This document shows positions 1-10,023 of a stretch of 64,000 nucleotides of DNA, piece by piece. A program made the translations under genes and the position numbers. Every line of letters starts with the position of its first letter. The first letter of the stretch is position 1. Source of the DNA: Paraphysomonas bandaiensis (taxonomy: Eukaryota; Protista; Chrysophyceae); the NCBI GenBank assembly GCA_965644295.1, contig CBFFRP010000297.1:248001-312000 (forward strand). The letters run 5' to 3'. The notes under the pieces were generated by a model. The model searched no databases, was not told where the DNA came from, and saw only the letters and a list, made by a program, of their open reading frames with translations.

Positions 1-287
1 GCTTTTTCTGGGGTTTTATGGAGTGAGAAACGGATCAATTGTATACACTGGAGCTCTGTATATATATGTATACACATCACACAGCACTACATACAGCAGT
101 ACATGTCGCCATTACATGAACAAGGCATGAATTTATAGACAGCCAGGTCACTTCTACTTAACATGTGATGAATAGAGCGTATATTGACATAACTGGTACA
201 CTATCAATCGATTGAAATCATGCCTATATAACATATATATACACACACCTGACTACAGTGACTGTTACTATAATACTTGAGTATTAA

Positions 288-3200
288 ATGAATGCCTTCC
301 CTCACGAGAGTGATGTTATTCATGATAAAACACTGAAGCGAATCTTGAAATCAGTGGAACGACTTCGAGCATTAAAACCTGAGCATAGATTTGAAAAATA
401 TGAGAAGTTGGTGCGGTATATAGCTGCCCATATGCATGATCGACAGGATGATGTATTGCTTCAAACAACTGCAGTGTGGTCACTTCTTAATTTGGTTAAA
501 TTGGAACCACATTATGGACCAGATATAATGATAAAATCTGGAATTGCGGCTTCCATAAGTCATGTCCTCCGCCTAGATAGTACCAATGACAATACCAGAA
601 AGTATGCGAGTGAGCTCGTGAGGCTACTATGGTGAGTGGATTTCTGTACTACGAATATTCTTTAATTTAACTCATTGTTATTTTTTAAAGCGGGAATGGG
701 AAACCTTCAAGTGGTGATGATGGATCCGTGCATATGAGTGTTCTACAAGACGGTGGCCAGCAGCTGGAATCCATTTCACTTGGAACTGCAGACGACTCGA
801 TATCTGACCAGCAGTCCGCGATTGCATCATTTTCGCCGTATTATATCGACGAGAAGAATGTAGAAATATTGAACGGGTTGTTTGAAGACAAGGGTATGTG
901 GAAAGATATTAACGATAGTCACTTAGCCCTTCATCGACTTGGCACTGCTCTAGAACAGGACAGTGTCGATGGTGACAGCCGAACCGTTCATTCGTCTCTA
1001 ACCGACTTTTGGGATACTATGAACAGGCGGTATAATTATCCTAGTGCTCGTTCTGGTATGGGATCCAGAGCGCGCACACAGTCATCTCAAAATTCTGAGG
1101 ATCCATGGGGACATGAGCGCGAGGCCTGGGTACATACCGGGACAGGGACATCTCTCACTCGCACTAGACTCGAGGAAGCGAGACAACATGGGCGCAGGGT
1201 AGAAAAATCTCCTACACACCATACCCGCGGTAGAACGACCTCTGGAACATATCATTCTGCTACTGGACCGCAAATGCGTCGAAAACGTTTTGTATTAACT
1301 GATAGCCTTCCAACCAACGGCAAGCGCAAGCCTGCGGAGGCTGTGGTTCCTGATCATATGGCCAGATTGGACCCTCTCTCTATGAATGTTACCACAGCCC
1401 TACGTTCAGTTGTGAACCAAAAGCGACAACAAGATGATGGGACTGAATCTGAGGATATCTCTATTCTAATAGATGCTAGATCGAAGAACAGGATAGATTC
1501 CCATATTGTGGAAGACTATGACGGAGCGGGTAGCGAAAATCAATTCTTCACTCGACAAGGGGCAGATGGCGTCGACAAAACTAGAATACGAGCTGAAAAG
1601 CTGACCGATATGGAGTTTTTAAGAAATTTTTTTGTTGCAAAGGCGACCTTGGCAGATTCCCAGAACCTGATTTCGCGAATGCAGGTAAGCTGGTTTATAC
1701 TTGTCACGCATGCACGTAACAATATATGTACAGGACATACTGGAGCTCATGGATCGTGATGACACCGGTTATGTATCGTGGAAGTGTTTTTCGCGTGTTT
1801 TGGTATCTCTTGCACCGAAGCATTTGTTACGTGCCGATGTAACGAGTTTCCTGGATGCCCAGGTGGACGATGAAAATGACCTCATTGACTACAAAGAGTT
1901 TGCAATATCTGGCAAAGTAATGATCATCGAGAGAAAGGAGGGTGTCAAGGAGGTACTAGCAAGAAGCTGGTACTCGCGGCAGAAGGGAAGTAGAGCTCTG
2001 CGAGACGGAGATCCGAGTAGTACCTACTCATGGAAGAATCACGTGGAGTGGTACAGGAAACGCAAGGCTGAGGCGCTTATATGGCTAATGCGGAGGGCCA
2101 ACAGGGCAATCCAGTACTATCACTATGTTTCTACTGCCCAGGAATATCTTCTGAACGCTGGTAAGTGGGGAAAGGCCCTCACATATCTCATGGATTGTGG
2201 CGACCGGGCTCTACAGGCAATCGACGCGGGAAGAGTCATTCGCGCATCTCTTTTCGAGCGGGTTACGCATGCCAGGAGGTACAAGCTAAAGCGGGAGGAA
2301 GCGCGAAAGTTCCTCATTGCTGTAGCAAACACTGTGGAAATAAAAGAAGACGGAACATTTGTCAAGAAAGTTGATCCTGTAGTTGTCGAACTCACTCCCC
2401 AGCCTTGTCCCAAGCTCTCCAAGGTTTATAAGATTAAATATCAAGCTATAAACGCAATCGCAGCACTCAAAGCACATGCTGATATTGCCGAGGCGAAAAT
2501 GGTGAAAAGAGACGAGGCTTATGATTGGCTATGTGTTCTTGCTGTGAAGAGTCTGAAACAACATAACGTGCACAATGCCACGGTATATGAGCTGATGCAG
2601 ATGGGCGAGGCTGCTAGAGAGCATTGTTGTGTCCTGGATACTGCGTTATTGTCTCTTCTTCACTATGGTGAGCGTGCATTGGCATTCTTTGACCGTCAAG
2701 AGAAAGCATTACGCGATTTGATAAACCTGGGTCGACGAAGTGTGGCATTCGTTGAAAGGAAAGAAAAGGAAAGTATTGCTCTTAGAGAGCTTGGCATGAG
2801 TACTCTAACGAGACTGAACCTTCGGGAGAATGGATTCGCGTATCTGTCGATGCGGCGATATAACGCTGTGCGGCGTCGTGAAATGCAAGAAGTTGCTTTC
2901 CAATATCTTTCAGGAATTCCGCGGAAAATGTTTGAAAATGAGGAAACTGTACACCGAGCACACCTTTGGCTGCAGGAAAGAGTTATTCGTGCTCAGAGGC
3001 ACTGTGATGCATGTTTACGAGCACACAAAAAACTCAAGGTCTTGCAGTCCACACTTGCACCGCATTGTTTTACTAGTTTTGTGTAGACGATAGCATCCCG
3101 ATCTGTTGCTACTTCTCGAATCAGGACTGTGGCGCATGCAGATTTAAAACAGGTTTGCTTTATTTGCTGTTTGTGCAAATCATATCTCTTATAATGTTAT

Positions 3201-3858
3201 ATAGATTGGATACCAGGCTCTACGAAAGCAATTTGAGCTTACGTGGGTTCCAATAAAAGGAAATAAGGAGAGACTGCGTGATGAGATTAAGCGGATAACT
3301 AGAAATGATAAGCGCGTGGCTGTTGTGAGAAGGGAATTGTCTGAGGAGGAACGCTGGAGAGCTGATCTGATGGATGCATTTGCAGCCCTAGCCACAGCGT
3401 TTTCGAATGGCACCATTGCAATGGCTGGGGTTGGACGGACAGCAGAACGAGCACTAAAACGTACTCGTTCCTTGGATGCTGATGGGAATGAACTGCCGGA
3501 ATTGGGCAGGTAGAAATGTGTATATTTGTATTTATTATTTTAATAAGTGGAACTGTGTAGACTTGGTTTTAAGCGCCTAATTCAAGACGGCAAATTACTA
3601 GGAATGCCGAAAGGAACGGCTGACTCTTGCTACGAAAGTGTTGACAGTGATGCGTCAGGATGCGTATCTTTTGATGAGGTCTGGACATGGTTTCTTCACC
3701 AAGCCAGGAAAAAGAAGCCAGGAAGTGTACATATTTCCATTTCTACTATAGTACCTGCCAAAGAGCGCGCTTTGACGGCACTGATGAAACGTTTTGCAGC
3801 TAATGAATCTAGGTCAGTGACAACTCAAAAGGATGCATTATCAGTTTATGATTCGTAA
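288..3858 (+). CDS. Multi-exon (6 exons) EF-hand protein with N-terminal ARM-like helical segment and long helical middle region
   Basis: ORF pieces join through GT-AG introns (632-690, 1685-1733, 3039-3086, 3153-3204, 3510-3560). EF-hand-like loops DRDDTGYVSWKCF, DDENDLIDYKEF and DSDASGCVSFDE. Confidence 0.7.
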
Positions 3859-4265
3859 ATATATTATTTTGTGTGTGTTGTCAATGTGCAGTGATATGTG
3901 TATACTTTATTAACAAACAAATTTACATTTGTGTGGTACGTACGCGGCAATCATTTGAAATGGCTAATATATATATAAGAAATAGAATTTTTTAATTGAA
4001 GGCGTAAAATATTTGAAGTTATTGATTGATGTCTAGAGTCTAGAGTATATGTTTCTAGGTTTGAGTGAAATTTCTTATTTCTGACTAATATAAGTGAACA
4101 CCATAAACACTTAGTCAACCTCTAGTCATTGTAACTGAAAATATGAATTATTAATGAGAGAAAAAAACACTTGACTTGAGGTTTTTACTCCAATTTCGGT
4201 TCGACAAAGGAATTACATCAAATAAATTTGACTACATCAAATTCGTCAAGGCCCAAGTAAGTTAA

Positions 4266-4766
4266 GACGTCTATACAAGTGACACTAATTAGTGTCCCTT
4301 GTATCACACAAGTATTTGCTAAAAACATCTCCTGACTATATATGCGACTCACATTATCTTCCCGTAAATATCTCTGGTACTTATCCCTCCGAACACCACG
4401 AAAAGGTGTTGGAATACGTATGGTTCTCTAAGATAGTACTGTAGAATACGTTAAATACAATGTGAAAAACAGTAATACGTAGTCAATAGTCAAAGGTGCT
4501 ATATAGCTATAACTGTGAAACTGAAGTATTATATCATGACGATTCAAGATACGGAAGTTGAGCAGTGGTTGACATGAACGAAATAATTTATCATGTTGTT
4601 GACATGTGTTACATGACAACACACACAATTGTGTATACAATTATAATAAAGTAATCTATCTAGTTTGACTAACTTAAACTTCTCTTACAACGATCTTAAT
4701 CATCTGAAAATGGTCATTAGTCAACAAAAGGTACGAGTCCAACTTTGTTGAGGAACCTAATCATCA
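4266..4766 (-). repeat. Partial copy of the ~480-bp interspersed element, interrupted by a solo LTR
   Basis: Reverse complement aligns with 8098-8290 and 59354-59520. Removing 4407-4731 restores cacgaaaaggtacgagtcc as seen in the other copies. Confidence 0.8.
4407..4726. mobile_element. Solo LTR (320 bp)
   Basis: TGTTG...CAACA termini with a perfect 5-bp TSD AAAGG (4402-4406 and 4727-4731). The empty site is confirmed by uninterrupted paralogous copies in this window. Confidence 0.85.
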
Positions 4767-4854
4767 TTTTTATTTAGATATTGAATTATTTATTACCTTG
4801 ACTAGGCTTTTACATCGAAATTCAATCAATTTGACGAGGTTGGATAATTTTTCC

Positions 4855-5002
4855 CAGGGATGCATAACAACTAAATTACACACAGGTTGTAGTCAATTTT
4901 ATTTGCAATTATTACTTGCTGTCCTAATTTCAGTTATTGCCATTATTTCAATAATAGACAATTAATTGCTGTTAATAAAAAATCAATTGATACGAAGCCC
5001 CG
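4855..5002. mobile_element. Short non-autonomous hAT-family derivative (CAGGG ends)
   Basis: Starts cagggatgcataac and ends attgatacgaagccccg. Subterminal sequence is shared with 29148-29260, 30480-30580 and 62243-62340. Confidence 0.6.
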
Positions 5003-5574
5003 TCTGTTATACCTGATTACTATCATTAATACTGCTTTTTTATTGATATCACTATTACTACATAATATGTTAGTGTTCTTATCTCTTATTATTACAGTTA
5101 CCTTTATTTATCGTATTTTAATCTGACATTTATTCTTTGTCTTTGTGTCTCCCCCAACAGATTAATTACACTCTCTCCTACGTGTTCAATAAAGAAAAAG
5201 AGCCAAATGATAAGAAGATTACGAAATTCCTCAAGACGATATGACTTCTATGAATATATATATTCATAATCGTGGCATTAATTTGGCGCTGGTGTGAGAA
5301 TATATCTCACATACGCCTCGAATATCGACAAAAGAAAGCTAAAATATTAGATTTTAACCTTACTTAAAATTATCATGTCACACAGAAAACCCTAGAATTC
5401 CGGACATCAAATCCTAATGTCATATGTAATTCTACGTTTAATCGTATCCAAATTCCAAATATCATGTGTAACCCTAAGTTAAATTATATCCTACTAACAT
5501 AAGTAATTCTACGCTAAAATCATATCCACATCAATTTCATATCCACATTGAATACGTTGTCCGAATTTAACATC

Positions 5575-6368
5575 ATGGCCACACCACGAAGTAAGTGGAT
5601 GAGAGAATATCTTGAAAACGAGAAGGAGGAAACTCGTGACATAGCAGGAAGAATATCATCTGAGAGAATCCATGTAAAAACGAAGGCAATGTATACTAGC
5701 AAAGTAAAGCAGATAACCGAGTGGTTTCGTGCTTATTTTCCTGTGGGCAGCTTGGATGATGACAAGCTGATAATTCCTGCCAACAAAGATCAAGTGATGT
5801 GTGTTTTGGTGTTCTGTGTAAAGCAACAAACGCCCGAAAGAAATTGAACGAGTCAAATGACATACCCGATCATCAGGAGGACCCCTACCGAAGTGCTCTT
5901 ATGGATTTTTACACATCACACAAATAGAAATAGAAGTCGGACTTGGACGTGGAGCTAAAAACTCTCCTGGATGCATTAGAGAAACTATGAAATTGATTTC
6001 GGCAGCGATGTAGGATAAAAATAGGGGAAGGGAAGAAAAAGTTAGAGTTCTCAGGGTATGAGATGATCTGTAAAAAATTCGTAAAGATGTCAGCGCAGAC
6101 TGTTAGATGAGTGTCTGGAAGTTGGACTGGGGCATACCTCGTGCTGCTGTGGAACGAGCCGGACTGATTCGATATATCAGCTAATGCTACAGCATATTTA
6201 TTGGGAAGGTGATTGTGTCATTGTAGAACAGCATGGACACAAAGGGGATCAGAAGGGTAACAAAATATATGGAAAACATGTTTATCCACTAAATCCCTGG
6301 AGTTGTCCGATCTTGGCCCTTGCAGTCAACATTTTCAGTTATCATATCGAAGTGAGAAGGGAAGTAAG
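5575..6368 (+). pseudogene. Crypton-type tyrosine recombinase, 5' part (frameshifted)
   Basis: Fragments YRSALMDFY, EGKKKLEFSGYEMI, LVLLWN and HIYWEGDCVIVEQHGHKGDQKGNKIYGKHVY..PLNPWSCPILALAV resemble the stramenopile Crypton YR core. Confidence 0.8.
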
Positions 6369-6784
6369 TGCCCCATTCTGAGCGCCTACTTAGGTAGATT
6401 CGGATGGGGACCGGGTGAATACCTAACTAATACTTGATTTAGTCCCATTCGTTATTTGCTAGCTACCTACTGAACCCAACTAGCTACATCATTATCACAC
6501 GGTATTCAGCGCTGAATATGCAGTGAGAACCCGGAGTGGGGAACTGCTGAACTAAGCAATGTGTACATAGGTACAGGCGAGCAATCGCAGCAGCACTCAG
6601 CCGCACCCACTAGAGGGCCTCACGCAGTAATTAGTTACGCTGTCAATATGGGGAAGTGACAACCCGGGTGGAGAAGCGCTGAACTAAGCAATGTGTACAT
6701 AGGTAGAGGTGCGCGGTCACAACACTCAGCAGCACTCACTAGAGGGCCGCACGCAGTGATTAGTTACGCTGTCAATATGGGGCA
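6369..6784. repeat. Left terminal direct repeat, with a diverged tandem duplication of its 3' ~130 bp
   Basis: 6369-6654 is nearly identical to 9736-10021. 6655-6784 is a diverged second copy of the 3' half ending ATGGGGCA. Confidence 0.85.
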
Positions 6785-7317
6785 ATGAAATCACATACGT
6801 ACATATGGCTGTCAATATCATAATTATGATAGAAGTCAGCTTCTGTTGAACCTAGTATTGAAGTTGAATGTCAATATTTGCCCGGTGCTGATATGAGCGC
6901 TCTGTTGAGCCCAAATTAGATAAAAAAAGCTTGTTTTGAGACTAAATGGAGATAAATCACTGAAGCAACATTTTAAGCGTACCAACGCAATTATGTTTCT
7001 CTACAAGGTAGGAATTGTTTACAAAATATAATGTTCGAATCTTTCATAATATAAATAGTTATTATACTGTACTCGAAAATCTTAAAGCAAAGTCATTGAA
7101 CAATATGGGTACGATTTTGTCTTCATCTTACAGCAGCGGTGCCCACTTAATTAAATGAAAACGATTCCATTGAATACTGTGTTTGTTGGTGTCGAGTGAA
7201 CCGAATGATAAAAAATAGTAAAAGAGAAAAAGCAAAGTGAACATCTACAATATTAGATCAAACAAAGTGCCTGATATTGGTGAAGGCGAGTGTGTGTATG
7301 TCCTTGAATTTGTTATT

Positions 7318-7737
7318 TTATTTTGTATTATCCGTCGGCACCTCTTCTTTGTCTCGGCTGGCAAAGGATTGTCTCATACTCTTGTACTCCTCACTCTGGC
7401 CAAAGAGAAGCAAATTTTTAAGAGCACTGAGCTCACTTGCCTGTTTCGCCATCTCAATTTCTTTGTTTAGCAATTGTTTCGCATTCTCAGTATCTTTCTT
7501 CGCCAACTCTTTGTTGTTTTGAATTTTTTCTTCGTTCATTTTAACAGCGTCTCTACTCTGTACAGCGAAGGCTACTATACCTCCAACTCCAATCACTAAT
7601 CCAGCCAATAAAGTGATGCCGCGACTGTGTTCTTCTAATAGTGTGAAAGTTTCGTATGTTCCTCTTGATGTAGAAGCTTTTCGTCTAGTGCCTACAGTAC
7701 GCAAGAATGAACGAAAACGATACATCATTCCAATCAA
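7318..7737 (-). CDS. Small intronless cargo ORF: basic presequence-like N-terminus, one TM helix, coiled coil
   Basis: MYRFRSFLRTVGTRRKAST (Arg/Ser/Thr-rich, no acidic residues), then hydrophobic GITLLAGLVIGVGGIVAFAV, then an E/K-rich heptad region. The ORF is uninterrupted within AT-rich flanks. Confidence 0.6.
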   Translation of the reverse strand: MIGMMYRFRSFLRTVGTRRKASTSRGTYETFTLLEEHSRGITLLAGLVIGVGGIVAFAVQSRDAVKMNEEKIQNNKELAKKDTENAKQLLNKEIEMAKQASELSALKNLLLFGQSEEYKSMRQSFASRDKEEVPTDNTK

Positions 7738-8097
7738 TTATTTATTTATATGTCTTGTATGTGTTTATGTTGAATCACTATAATTTTGATGTAATAATAT
7801 CGAGATATGTTGGCTCTGTTGTGGAGTGTTTGATCAGAGTAGTAGTCCGAGCGGCCGAGTATCGAGCAGTAAGAAGTCTAGAATACACTCACTCCTCGTG
7901 TATAGTACACTACTCTTCTGTTGTACTGTACTCCCTTCCACATACAGAGTGCTCTTGTGTTTCAGTTTGCATTTTCAGTTTACAGTTGTGAGTGGTGCAG
8001 TAGATGTGCCGATAAAGTGATCCAATTGGTTGACTTTATTGTAGTATGATAGGCTGTGCACATACATATCATCAGAACATGTAGTTGTCGTGTTGTT

Positions 8098-8460
8098 TGA
8101 CGATTTGAGTCAACAAAGTCGGACTCGCACCTTTTCGTGGTGTTCTGGGGGATAAGTACCGGAGATATTATCTCTGGGAAACTAACGTGAGCCGAACACA
8201 TAGTCAGCAGATAACATTCTGCCCACTCATAGCCGAATGCTTGTGTGGTACAAGAGACACAGATTAGTGTCACTTGTGTAGACGTCTTTGGGCCCTGACG
8301 AATAAACAGACATCCGGGACAGGGCCCACCTGAAGGGTAACCGGGATATTGGGCTGCCTGCTGAAGCCAAGCATCCGGGATGTCTACGTTAAGAACTCAA
8401 AAAAACTGAAGTCAGCAGATGTCAGGTATATCAACATTCTGCTTGCTCACTGCGTTTGCT
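8098..8460 (+). repeat. Copy (3'-truncated) of the ~480-bp interspersed element
   Basis: Aligns directly with 59354-59705 and with the reverse complement of 30020-30388. Confidence 0.85.
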
Positions 8461-8499
8461 TGTGTATGCTGAGTATGAGTGATTGATGCTGAGTATGAG

Positions 8500-9102
8500 T
8501 TCACGTTATTCGGCATCTGTGTGGCCAATGACCGAGGTAATGCGTCAAACTTTCCTCATGGATGCATGGCAATGACAATGTGATTAGACCTGTCATGTCT
8601 TCCCACACGTCTACTGCCTAGTCTTGGTTACTCCTGACCCAGGTCATTGAGATTATATCAAGGCTCTGGCACTGCTCTCCAAGCAGTGTCAGGTACATTT
8701 GTGTGTGTTTTTATGTTATTTCTTACTTAGTAGGTTTTCATCCGAGCGGAGAAGGTGCACGGTTTCCTACTAGCGTTCACTCGGGAGAAGGGTGCAAGGT
8801 GGATGCATGTGCTGGACGAGTGCACATAATGGAGGGAAGACATTGGAGTCAGCTTGAATTTGTAACAGACTTTGGTAGATATCTGTGTGCAAATTGCGTC
8901 AGTGAGACCGCTTCGTGACCGTGGGAGGACCCGGCGCTAGAGCTACTCTATTCCCCCTTCCAGACTACCTACTGCTGTGAACACCACCTTGAAGGGCCCT
9001 AAAGATCTGCCGCATATACAGGAGACATATATCGAAGACATCGACCGCAAGTTGTTTGTGTTAGGACAAGTAGATTGGGTAGGAGCGTATGATCCGGCTT
9101 AA
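8500..9102 (+). pseudogene. Possible decayed, intron-bearing gene fragment inside the direct-repeat element
   Basis: Higher GC and coding-like text with stops. Two plausible short introns (gtaatg..attag near 8537-8587; gtacat..tag near 8693-8733). No family recognised. Confidence 0.3.
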
Positions 9103-9735
9103 ACACGCAATTCGTCGTATGCCCATGTAGCTATCGAAATCGTGTTGTGTAGTTGAGCACTTGTCGGTGCATACAATAGTAACTAGATGAGAGTCCTGTT
9201 ATGCTTAGTGTTGCGCGAGTTGTTAGGTTGGTCGCGGCAACGCACAAGCTTGCGCTTCTTAATAATCAGATTTTCAATATGTTTGATTTGATTGTTTAGT
9301 CATTCTTTCTTACACGTCGTTGTTATACGAATTAATAAGATTATTTTACGCGTAGTGTAAGAAATAAGCTTTTTCAGCAATTGCGTTCTGCTGTGCACGG
9401 TTTGTGTACAAATACGCGTAGAAAAGTTTCAAGTGTATACTAGTGTAGTTGTAGTATATGGTGAACTGCTGCTGTGTATATGTCAACTAACGTTCATCTT
9501 TATATGTTACTTTAAACTGTCAGTAGTGCCATGAAACAAGATGATTTCTACACCAGAAGCCGATATCTATCTACTTGACTATCATATTTCCATCACCCCC
9601 TCCATGAATGCGATGCCTATTCATATATATTCGTGAAAGTGACTGTTAGTAGTCTCACAGACCCCCTCACGTACATACGACACTAACATAGACATGTACC
9701 AGTCTATTATCTTATGTCGCTGAATATGCAGTGAT

Positions 9736-10023
9736 TGCCCCATTCTGAGCGCGTACTTAGGTAGATTCGGATGGGGACCGGGTGGGTACCTAACTAATAC
9801 TTGATTTAAGTCCCATTCGTTATTTGCTAGCTACCTACTGAACCCAACTAGCTACATCATTATCACACGGTATTCAGCGCTGAATATGCAGTGAGAACCC
9901 GGAGTGGGGAACTGCTGAACTAAGCAATGTGTACATAGGTACAGGCGAGCAATCGCAGCAGCACTCAGCCGCACCCACTAGAGGGCCTCACGCAGTAATT
10001 AGTTACGCTGTCAATATGGGGCA
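9736..10023. repeat. Right terminal direct repeat (288 bp)
   Basis: TGCCCCAT...ATGGGGCA; imperfect 24-bp terminal inverted repeat (18/24 matches); internal palindrome TATTCAGCGCTGAATA. Confidence 0.85.

Larger units (their letters stand above)
6369..10023. mobile_element. Non-autonomous element bounded by TG..CA direct repeats (LTR-like or composite transposon), inserted in the Crypton gene
   Basis: Direct repeats 6369-6784 and 9736-10023, each TGCCCCAT...ATGGGGCA. Perfect TSD GTAAG at 6364-6368 and 10024-10028. The YR frame resumes after the element. Confidence 0.85.

Noticed and set aside
6369-6900. CRISPR-like array from recurring GCTGTCAATAT motifs
   Set aside because: Spacing is irregular, the intervening sequences are homologous rather than unique spacers, the context is eukaryotic, and there are no cas genes.
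8290-8345. CTGACGA as a hammerhead ribozyme core in the 480-bp element
   Set aside because: There is no correctly placed GAAA or stem II, and the motif is not conserved in the 59354 copy.
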